Positions 19,545 to 27,306 of a DNA stretch of 32,738 nucleotides are shown piece after piece. The notes beneath the pieces are model-generated. The model was not told where the DNA came from. It made no database searches and saw only the letters and a program-made list of their open reading frames with translations. Origin of the DNA: an uncultured Thermotogae bacterium (GTDB lineage: Bacteria > Bipolaricaulota > Bipolaricaulia > M55B111); the NCBI GenBank assembly GCA_964599005.1, contig CAZRDU010000004.1:1-32738 (forward strand), written 5' to 3'. Position 1 is the first letter of the stretch, and every line of letters begins with the position of its first letter. Made by a program: the position numbers and the translations under genes.

Positions 19545-19687
19545 TATTTCACCCTTTTGGACGAAAATAGTGGCTAAGTGTAAAAAACTGAAGACTTTAA
19601 GTCAACAAAATCAACTTTCAAATAAAAAGTCATTTTTATAAGTCCAGGAAAGGCTCTGGCCGGTAGAAAGTGGTAGTAAGCGAGCGA

Positions 19688-19728
19688 TTGAATGACGATA
19701 TATTTCTGGTATAATGTGAATATATTCA
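19688..19728 (+). promoter_or_regulatory. Sigma70-type promoter for the mttB-BCCT unit with adjacent palindromic operator candidate
   Basis: TTGAAT (19688-93), 16 bp, TGG-TATAAT (extended -10; hexamer 19710-15), then perfect palindrome TGAATATATTCA (19717-28). Confidence 0.6.
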
Positions 19729-19854
19729 TAAAGTATGCCGAGCAGAACACGGTAATAGACAATCGAATGATATATTAGTTTGACCGGAAAAGTTGTGTCA
19801 AGTAAATCAGTTAATGTGCCAGCAGTTTTATAGCTCGGTAAAAAGGAGGGTACT

Positions 19855-21273
19855 ATGATAGAACAAAATTTTCTTACACGAGATTTGCTGTCCGAAGAAG
19901 AAATCAATTTAATCCATAAAACTTCGATGGAGATCTTTGAAGAGACTGGCGTAGAGGTCCACAATGAGGAAGCAAGAGAAGTCTTCTCGGAAAACGGAGC
20001 CCGGGTAGAAGGGGAAAAGGTCTTCCTCTCGGCCGACATAGTAGAAGAACACCTGGAGAAGGTACCTTCTTCTTTTACACTTCACGCGAGAAACCCCGAA
20101 AACAACGTAGAAGTCGGTGGTGACAGTGGAGTTCTGGCTCCCGGGTACGGTGCTCCATGGGTAACTGATATGGAAGGTAACAACAGGGATGCTACCTATG
20201 AAGATTACGAGAACTTTACCAAGCTCGCGTCAGCCAGCGATAACCTGGACGTTCTTGGAGGAGTGCTGGTAGAGCCGACTGATCTTGCCGACGAGGAAAG
20301 ACACGTCAGGATGATGTATGCTGGAGCAAAGTACTCTGATAAACCGCTAATGGGAAGCGCACTCGGGAAGAAAAAGGCCAGGGAAGCAATACAGATGGCA
20401 AGCATACTTATGGGGGAAGACGAAATTATCTGTGACCGTCCAGTTGTTATTACCCTGATAAACACGACGAGCCCGCTGGGTTACGACAACCGGATGCTCG
20501 AGGCATTGATGGAGCATGCACGGTTTAACCAACCGACTGTGATAGCTTCCCTTATCATGGCCGGGTCGACCGGTCCAATCACTGTAGCAGGAACTATTAC
20601 TCTGCAGAACGTGGAGGTACTGACAGGTGTCGTTTTATCGCAGATGGTAAACCCGGGAACTCCTGTCGTCTACGGTTCAGCCTCTACTATAGTGGACCTG
20701 AACACGGGAGATCTTGCCGTGGGTAGCCCCGAATACGCCAAATTTATCGGTGCTACGGCACAGCTGGCGCGCCATTACGACGTCCCTTGTCGGGGTGGAG
20801 GTTCGATAACTGATTCACTGCGCACGGACGGCCAGGCGGGCTACGAGTCCATGATGACTTTTGACGCATCTATGAGTCATGGTATGGACTTCGTCCTGCA
20901 TTCGGCAGGGTTGCTTAAAAACTACATGGCCATGTCGTACGAGAAGTTCGTTATGGACGACGAAATTCTCGACATGGTTAATAACTACCAGAAAGGACTC
21001 GAAGTAAACGAGGAAACCGTGGCAAAAAAGGCAATCCAGAACGTGGGGCACTCGGGCCACTATCTCAAGGAGCCTTCGACTATCCAGCACATGAAGGATT
21101 TCCGGAAGCCCGCACTGAGTAACCGAAAGGGTTTCGATTCCGACGAAGGACTAAAAACCACGATGGAACGGGCGCACGAACGCTGTGAGTCCATTCTGAA
21201 TGACTTTGAAGCACCACCACTTGATCCGGAGATCGACGAGAAATTGCAGGATTACATGGACAGGGTTACTTAA
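19855..21273 (+). CDS. mttB: Pyrrolysine-free MttB-superfamily quaternary-amine:corrinoid methyltransferase (MtgB-like)
   Basis: IHKTSMEIFEETGV, PSSFTLHARNPENN, GSTGPITVAG, GSPE, DGQAGYES, SYEKFVMDDE. Uninterrupted ORF with no internal TAG; AAGGAGG SD. Confidence 0.9.
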   Translation: MIEQNFLTRDLLSEEEINLIHKTSMEIFEETGVEVHNEEAREVFSENGARVEGEKVFLSADIVEEHLEKVPSSFTLHARNPENNVEVGGDSGVLAPGYGAPWVTDMEGNNRDATYEDYENFTKLASASDNLDVLGGVLVEPTDLADEERHVRMMYAGAKYSDKPLMGSALGKKKAREAIQMASILMGEDEIICDRPVVITLINTTSPLGYDNRMLEALMEHARFNQPTVIASLIMAGSTGPITVAGTITLQNVEVLTGVVLSQMVNPGTPVVYGSASTIVDLNTGDLAVGSPEYAKFIGATAQLARHYDVPCRGGGSITDSLRTDGQAGYESMMTFDASMSHGMDFVLHSAGLLKNYMAMSYEKFVMDDEILDMVNNYQKGLEVNEETVAKKAIQNVGHSGHYLKEPSTIQHMKDFRKPALSNRKGFDSDEGLKTTMERAHERCESILNDFEAPPLDPEIDEKLQDYMDRVT

Positions 21274-21439
21274 GATCATTTCCTTCGGCACCAAAATAGA
21301 ATAAATTTGTCTCTGTATTCACCTTGGGCTAAGCTAGGTGTCTGGTGGTGGGGTGAATCATAGCTCGCACTTCGATTAACCAGATCGAATACTTTTCTCA
21401 TTATTTAAACCGATACTTTAGAAAACTAAGGAGGTTTTC

Positions 21440-22969
21440 ATGTCCAATTCGGTTAATAATGAAAGATCTTACGATCCCTATATTTTTTGGATTTCGGCAA
21501 TATTAATCTCGCTATTTGTTCTCTGGTCGATCGTATTTCCGACGAACATGGAGAATGTAATCAACAAGGTATTTAGCTGGATGACCCAATCGTGGGCCTG
21601 GCTGTGGCTACTGACTGCTTTCCTGCTGGTTGGGGGAGCGTTTATCATGCTGGTTACCGATTACGGAAAAATGAAACTGGGAAAACCGGATGATGAACCG
21701 GAAATATCAAAGTTCTCCTGGTTCTCCATGTTATTTGGAGCGGCAATTGCCGCGGGAATAGTATTCTGGGGTCCTGCAGAGCCGGCCTACCATTTCATGA
21801 GCCCTCCTCCTTTCTTTGGTGGTGAGGCGATGACGGATGCGGCTGCCAATCACGCAATGACCACTTCGTTCTTTCACTGGGGTTTAAGTGCCTGGGCAAT
21901 TTACGTCATGCTGACGATTCCCCTTGCTCACGCCTGCTATACAAAAGACCTTCCCTTTAGACTCTCCAGTGCATTTTACTACGTAATTGGCGATCGCGTC
22001 AGGGGATTCTGGGGCAAAGTCATTGACGTAATTGGCGTGTTCGCCACGGTCGGCGGGTTGTCCACTACTACGGGCCTGATAGCGCTCCAGTTCTCTTCGG
22101 GACTTAAATACCACTACGGGATGGAGCTGCCGCAATACGGGATATATCTGATAATAGGTGCCCTGACCGCGATATTTACGATAGCTGTCTATACCGGGGT
22201 CCAGAAAGGGATAAAGCTTATCGGGGATATAAATATGTGGCTCTTTATAGCGGTATTCTTCTTTGTGTTTGTCTTTGGCCCGACGCTTTTCTTCCTGAAC
22301 TTAACCACTAATTCCATCGGGCAATATATTTTGAACTTTATTCCGATGAGTCTATTTACCGGGGGCGCGGCGGCGAGCGCAGGGGCAATGGACTGGCTCG
22401 GCAGCTGGACCATATTCTACTGGGCCTGGTGGATTGCCTGGGCTCCGTTTGTGGCACTATTTATCGCCCGAATTTCCAAAGGTAGAACGATTCGAGAGAC
22501 AATTGCCGCTACTCTGTTGCTTCCTACCCTTGCAGACTTCCTCTGGTACGGGGTCGTAGGTGGAGCAGGAATAAGTTTTGATATCACGGGAGTCGTACAG
22601 GAGCACGGGGTGGAAAGTGCAGTATTTGCTACTATCCAGCACCTCCCGCTCACCCCGGTGCTGGCGATAGCTATTCTATTCTTGATTGCCGGCTTCTTCC
22701 TGACGAGTGCAAACGGGGCCGCGATGGCGCTGTGTATGTTCGTTTCCGGAAAAGAGGAACCGAGCAAACACATACGAGTTTTCTGGGGGGTGGCTCTGGG
22801 TGTGATCGGAGCTATTCTGGCAGGGACTGGTAGCCTCGAAGTTATCCAGACCGCTTCGATTGCGACGGCCTTTCCCCTTATGTTCTTGCTCATTGCATTG
22901 CTTTTCGGCACTTTCAGAGGACTTGGACGGTACAGGGAAAATGAGCTGGAGGGTGAAGTTGGTAACTAG
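21440..22969 (+). CDS. BCCT-family betaine/carnitine/choline transporter
   Basis: LGKPDDEPE...SWFSMLF, FFHWGLSAWAIY, WTIFYWAWWIAWAPFVALFIARISKGRTIRE; about 12 TM segments. Confidence 0.95.
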   Translation: MSNSVNNERSYDPYIFWISAILISLFVLWSIVFPTNMENVINKVFSWMTQSWAWLWLLTAFLLVGGAFIMLVTDYGKMKLGKPDDEPEISKFSWFSMLFGAAIAAGIVFWGPAEPAYHFMSPPPFFGGEAMTDAAANHAMTTSFFHWGLSAWAIYVMLTIPLAHACYTKDLPFRLSSAFYYVIGDRVRGFWGKVIDVIGVFATVGGLSTTTGLIALQFSSGLKYHYGMELPQYGIYLIIGALTAIFTIAVYTGVQKGIKLIGDINMWLFIAVFFFVFVFGPTLFFLNLTTNSIGQYILNFIPMSLFTGGAAASAGAMDWLGSWTIFYWAWWIAWAPFVALFIARISKGRTIRETIAATLLLPTLADFLWYGVVGGAGISFDITGVVQEHGVESAVFATIQHLPLTPVLAIAILFLIAGFFLTSANGAAMALCMFVSGKEEPSKHIRVFWGVALGVIGAILAGTGSLEVIQTASIATAFPLMFLLIALLFGTFRGLGRYRENELEGEVGN

Positions 22970-23004
22970 ATAACCTAATAATTTTTCCGATAATGAACAA
23001 ACTG

Positions 23005-23037
23005 AAGCCCCCAATCGAATTCGGTTGGGGGCTTTTT
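23005..23037 (+). terminator. Intrinsic terminator after the BCCT gene
   Basis: AAGCCCCCAATCG / CGGTTGGGGGCTT stem running into a T5 tract. Confidence 0.88.
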
Positions 23038-23215
23038 CATTGGCAACGACGAAATAAACCTGACGTTATTGGTGAAGTGTAACCCGTCCCATTGGTAAAA
23101 AAAGCGTTTCCAACCTTAGGGACTTCTCGTCAAAAGCACCACACCTCTGTACAGAGATAATTGACTGCGGGCGGTTTAAGGGCATAAGAGTAGAAAATTA
23201 TATTGAATAAACCTC

Positions 23216-23244
23216 TTGACAGGCCGAAGAGCTTCAGTTAACAT
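23216..23244 (+). promoter_or_regulatory. Sigma70-type promoter of the thr leader/operon
   Basis: TTGACA (23216-21), 17 bp, TAACAT (23239-44), with AT-rich upstream sequence. Confidence 0.7.
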
Positions 23245-23282
23245 AATTTAAATCAAATTTCATTAGAGGAAGAGGAATGTCC

Positions 23283-23414
23283 ATGAAAACAGAAAAAAAC
23301 TTCAAAATTCAAAATTCGGGCAGGCAAATGTTATCTTTTCTGCCCAGTACCTCTTCCGTATCCAGCCACACGACGTCCAGCATGATGACGGGAGGGAACC
23401 TCTCCCTCCAATAG
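23283..23414 (+). CDS. Putative attenuation leader peptide (43 aa, Ser/Thr/Met-rich) upstream of thrC
   Basis: MKTEKNFKIQNSGRQMLSFLPSTSSVSSHTTSSMMTGGNLSLQ*. Tandem AGAGGA-AGAGGA SD at 23265-76; alternative in-frame ATG at 23277. Codons 22-36 contain 7 Ser, 4 Thr and 2 Met out of 15. Below the ORF-track length cutoff. Confidence 0.65.
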   Translation: MKTEKNFKIQNSGRQMLSFLPSTSSVSSHTTSSMMTGGNLSLQ

Positions 23415-23533
23415 CTCTACTCTAACCAGATTTTCTCTCAATTATTTTCGTTAATTTCATTTCGTTATTAGTTATCGTTTCTTCAGGATTTTAATTTCAA
23501 AAAACGGGATTCCTGATATTTAGGAGGTTTTTC

Positions 23534-24589
23534 ATGGAGTGGAAAGGTGTTCTCGATCGGTACTTCGAATATTTACCAATTGAAAGTCGAGAGAATATCG
23601 TCAGTTTGACCGAAGGAAATACGCCATTAATAAGGGCGAAAAACATCGAAGAAAAGCTGGAAGACGATCTGGAGGTATATCTAAAGTACGAGGGTGCGAA
23701 CCCTACTGCGTCCTTCAAGGACCGGGGTATGACAGTGGCCGTATCAAAAGCGGTAGAAAAAGGTGAAAAGGCAGTAATTTGTGCCTCGACAGGCAATACG
23801 TCGGCCTCAGCTGCAGCGTTTGCGGCCAGGTCTGGCCTGGAAGCTATTGTCGTTATTCCGGAAGGAAAGATTGCTTTTGGGAAGCTTTCTCAGGCCATGA
23901 TGCATGGCGCAACGGTTGTCCAGATTGAGGGGAACTTTGACGAGGCGCTGGAGCTAGTTCTGGAGATTTCCGAAAACTATCCAGTAACCCTGGTAAATTC
24001 GCTCAACCCTAACAGGATCGAGGGGCAAAAAACCGCATCTTTTGAAATATCTGACTTTCTCGGTCGGGCCCCGGATTATCACCTCCTGCCCGTTGGCAAT
24101 GCAGGCAATATTACCGCTTACTGGAAGGGGTACAAAGAATACTACGAGTCGGGACAGACCGAGGTGTTGCCAAAGATGACGGGCTTTCAGGCAGCGGGGG
24201 CTTCGCCGATAGTCGACGGAAGGAAAGTTGAGAACCCGGAAACCGTGGCGACTGCCATTCGGATAGGGAACCCTGCCAGCTGGGAAAAAGCTGAGAACGC
24301 CCGGGACGAGTCCGGTGGAATGATAGGAAAGGCGAGCGACGAAGAGCTCATAGAGGCATATCAAGCCCTGGCAAGTAGAGAGGGTGTTTTCTGTGAACCG
24401 GCTTCCGCAGCTTCCATAGCGGGATTGTTCCAGATGGACGGAACGGGTTATTTCGACCAGGGTAGTGTCCTGACATGTACATTAACCGGACACGGGCTAA
24501 AGGATCCAGATATAGCTATTGAATCCAGCGAGGAACCGGTAACTGTCAAAAACGACGTCGATGAAGTACTGGAGGTCTCCGGTTTATGA
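23534..24589 (+). CDS. thrC: Threonine synthase
   Basis: EGNTPL, KYEGANPTASFKDRG (PLP lysine), CASTGNTSAS, PVGNAGN, EPASAAS, TGHGLKD. AGGAGG SD. Confidence 0.97.
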   Translation: MEWKGVLDRYFEYLPIESRENIVSLTEGNTPLIRAKNIEEKLEDDLEVYLKYEGANPTASFKDRGMTVAVSKAVEKGEKAVICASTGNTSASAAAFAARSGLEAIVVIPEGKIAFGKLSQAMMHGATVVQIEGNFDEALELVLEISENYPVTLVNSLNPNRIEGQKTASFEISDFLGRAPDYHLLPVGNAGNITAYWKGYKEYYESGQTEVLPKMTGFQAAGASPIVDGRKVENPETVATAIRIGNPASWEKAENARDESGGMIGKASDEELIEAYQALASREGVFCEPASAASIAGLFQMDGTGYFDQGSVLTCTLTGHGLKDPDIAIESSEEPVTVKNDVDEVLEVSGL

Positions 24590-25773
24590 AGTACGTAATC
24601 GTTCAGGGTGACGGGATGGCCGATCGCCCTCAAAAAGAACTTTCCGGAAGAACCCCGCTGGAGGCGGCTAATACCCCGAATATGGACACGATTGCTTCTG
24701 CCGGAGCCCTAGGAACTGTTAATACAATCCCTGGCGATTTGCCACCGGGAAGTTCGGTGGGGAACATGAGTTTAATGGGTCTAAATCCGAAAAAATATTA
24801 TACCGGTCGCGCCCCCCTGGAGGCTAAGGGCCTCGGAGTAGATGTGGGTGAAAAAGATATCGCTTTTCGGTGCAATCTCGTGCGATTTGGCGAGAACGGA
24901 AGCGGAAGGATCATGAAAGACTATAGCGGCGGGCATCCATCACAGGAGAGCGCCCGTCGTTATATCCAATCTGTAAACGAAGAGCTTGGTGGGGAAAAAT
25001 TTAATTTCTATCCCGGGGTAAGTTATCGAAATTTGCTGATCTGGCAGGACGGGAGAGAGAAAATAAACCACGAAGAGATTTCGCTTACCCCTCCACACGA
25101 TATTACCGGAGAGTCCCTGGAACGGTATCTCCCACGGGGACCGGGAAGTAAAGTTCTGCTGGAACTCCAGAATCAGGCAACTGATTTACTGAGGGGAAGT
25201 GAGGGGCCGTTAAACGGTGTTTGGTTCTGGGGGGCCGGGGTTAAGCCGGAGATCCCGACATTCCGGAGTCGTTACGGACTTCAGGGCCACGTTATCAGCG
25301 CTGTGGACCTTATAAATGGACTCGGTGCCTACTCTGGTCTTTCACCGGTAGATGTGGAAGGTGCCACCGGGTTAATTGATACAAACTACGAGGGAAAGGT
25401 AGATGCTGTCCAGGATAACCTTGAAGAGGATTCTTTGGTTTATCTTCATATAGAGGCTCCGGACGAAGCAGCTCATGCGGGTGATCTCGAGCAAAAAATC
25501 GAGGCTATTGAGAGAATTGACCGAAGGATACTTGCCCCACTTCTTGAGTTTCTTCGGGAAGAAAATGGAGTTCGGCTTCTGCTGGTAACCGACCATATTA
25601 CGGGGGTAGAGTCGAAAACGCACGAGCGCGGTCCGGTCCCTTTTGCGGTATTCGAAAATCCCGACTCAAGAGTCGAGCATCAGAGTATTTTTTCTGAAAA
25701 ATCTGCAGCCGGAACTGGAAAGGATTTTCCCGGCGGTCAAGAACTTATTGATTTCTTTCTAACCGAGGGGTGA
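24586..25773 (+). CDS. apgM: ApgM-family metalloenzyme (cofactor-independent phosphoglycerate mutase fold), proposed alternative homoserine kinase
   Basis: GDGMAD, TPLEAANTPNMD, PGS (phospho-Ser), YTGRAPLEA, HIEAPDEAAH, TDH. Sits between thrC and hom, the context of the TIGR02535 proposed homoserine kinase family. Confidence 0.85.
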   Translation: MKYVIVQGDGMADRPQKELSGRTPLEAANTPNMDTIASAGALGTVNTIPGDLPPGSSVGNMSLMGLNPKKYYTGRAPLEAKGLGVDVGEKDIAFRCNLVRFGENGSGRIMKDYSGGHPSQESARRYIQSVNEELGGEKFNFYPGVSYRNLLIWQDGREKINHEEISLTPPHDITGESLERYLPRGPGSKVLLELQNQATDLLRGSEGPLNGVWFWGAGVKPEIPTFRSRYGLQGHVISAVDLINGLGAYSGLSPVDVEGATGLIDTNYEGKVDAVQDNLEEDSLVYLHIEAPDEAAHAGDLEQKIEAIERIDRRILAPLLEFLREENGVRLLLVTDHITGVESKTHERGPVPFAVFENPDSRVEHQSIFSEKSAAGTGKDFPGGQELIDFFLTEG

Positions 25774-25774
25774 A

Positions 25775-26875
25775 GTGATGATAAACTGTGTAGAAATTAC
25801 GGGAACACCACTGGTCCAGATAGGACTGGGTACTGTCGGACTGGAACTAATTAAGCTGGTAGAGCGCTGGAACGAATCGGCAGAGGAAGGTGCCGGGTTG
25901 AAGTACGTTGGTCTGGCTGACAGCAGCGGGTTTAGCCTTAATGAAGACGGCTTCAACACCAGCGAACTTGAGAAAGTCCGGGATGATAAGCTAGCCGGAA
26001 AAAAACTCTCTCAAATAAGCAAAAACCGCGTTAAAGAGGGCTCAGAAGCACTCGAATCGGTATTTGAAGGTTTCGATCGTGGCGTGTTAATTGACGTCAC
26101 GGACGCCAGTTCTTTGAGCAAGTTCTACCGCAAAGGGTTCGAACACGATTGGTCGGTCGTAGTCGCGAATAAGATCCCTTTGACTGAAATCACTCCGGAA
26201 GAGTTTAAGGAGTTTAAGGAAGATGGGATAGGCTATGAAGCAACAGTGGGTGCCGGTTTGCCCGTCATTTCTACGTTAAAACAGCTTCAGCGTCAGGGCG
26301 ACAGGGTTAAAGAAATTGGTGCTATTTTGAGCGGTTCACTCAGTTATATTCTCTCGGCAATAGAAGACGGCCAGGTCCTGTCGGAAGCTGTACTGGGTGC
26401 CAAGGAGAAAGGGTTTACCGAACCAAATCCCGTGGAGGATCTGGTTGGAAACGACGTAGTCAGGAAAGGTCTGATACTGGCTCGGAGTCTAGGGATGAAC
26501 CTGTCAGTAGCGGATGTGGATGTGAACCCGCTGGTTCCGCTACCGGAAAAGGACTTCTCCGATCAGGAACTTAAGCAAAAATTGGCCGAATTCGACGAGG
26601 ACTTTCGCGCAAAGGCTAAATCCGCCGAAAAAGCCGGAAATCGTCTGAGGTATCTGGCGCGGGTAAATAAAGATGGGGTAAAAGTAGGGCTGGAGGAACT
26701 GGATTCCGAATCGCCGCTTGCCGGAGGTTCAGGTACTTCGAACGTAATTCAGTTCAAGTCAGATAATTACGTCGAACCGCCGCTGGTAATTCAGGGACCG
26801 GGCGCCGGTCCGGCGGTGACTGCCGGGGGCGTTTTGTCAGAAATTAACGCTTTTTCTGGATGTAGACTGCAATAG
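25775..26875 (+). CDS. hom: Homoserine dehydrogenase (no ACT domain)
   Basis: IGLGTVG, VVANK, YEATVGAGLPVI, GFTEPNPVEDLVGND, GPGAGPAVTAGGV. Exact start uncertain (GTG 25775 or ATG 25778). Confidence 0.93.
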   Translation: MMINCVEITGTPLVQIGLGTVGLELIKLVERWNESAEEGAGLKYVGLADSSGFSLNEDGFNTSELEKVRDDKLAGKKLSQISKNRVKEGSEALESVFEGFDRGVLIDVTDASSLSKFYRKGFEHDWSVVVANKIPLTEITPEEFKEFKEDGIGYEATVGAGLPVISTLKQLQRQGDRVKEIGAILSGSLSYILSAIEDGQVLSEAVLGAKEKGFTEPNPVEDLVGNDVVRKGLILARSLGMNLSVADVDVNPLVPLPEKDFSDQELKQKLAEFDEDFRAKAKSAEKAGNRLRYLARVNKDGVKVGLEELDSESPLAGGSGTSNVIQFKSDNYVEPPLVIQGPGAGPAVTAGGVLSEINAFSGCRLQ

Positions 26876-27183
26876 AGGAGTTGTGATGAGGTCATTATTT
26901 GAGCGAGCTTTTTCTTTCCCGTTCGATAAAACCGCAGGCGATTTCCCCGGCGTGGAAATCGCTGCTTCGATCTCAGCCTCGCTCCCCAGCGCACAAATGA
27001 GTTGCGGCGCTCGGGAGAAGGTAGAAAGCCTTGAGTACGCGCAGTAATTTACTGGAACGGAGGCCATTGATCGGGTCCAAGCAACTGTTCTCATTTGAGC
27101 GCTGGTTCCATGCCCGCTCGGCTTCCGATGTGATTTTCCTGAACGGGAAGAAAAATCTCGCTTTCGCTAGAACCTCAGCTCTT
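26876..27183. other. Unclassified ~300-nt highly base-paired intergenic element (structured ncRNA/cis-regulator or MITE-like)
   Basis: 26902-26924 pairs with 27141-27162 (21 bp); 26934-26965 forms a 12-bp hairpin; 26986-27005 pairs with 27081-27105; 26887-92 pairs with 27172-77. Confidence 0.6.
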
Positions 27184-27306
27184 AAAAGAGTGAAGTATAA
27201 AAGCGGTTTGGAATAATTTTGTTAATTTGGATCACTAAATTTTTAGAAAACAGTTTAGAATTATGTTTCAAAAATATTAATGCCAAAGAAATTTTCGGGA
27301 GGAAAC

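Noticed and set aside
19545-19700. SAM riboswitch upstream of metK
   Set aside because: No SAM-I core (ATC..GAG, GCAACC, GTGC) recognisable on the minus strand; region is AT-rich and promoter-like.
19855-21273. Pyrrolysine recoding in the MttB homologue, or selenocysteine read-through in the redox genes
   Set aside because: MttB is full length with no internal TAG; the redox ORFs appear complete and end at overlaps with the next gene.
26955-26985. SRP RNA domain IV on the minus strand (GAGG...GAAGCAGC)
   Set aside because: No paired stem closing a GNRA tetraloop between the two motifs.
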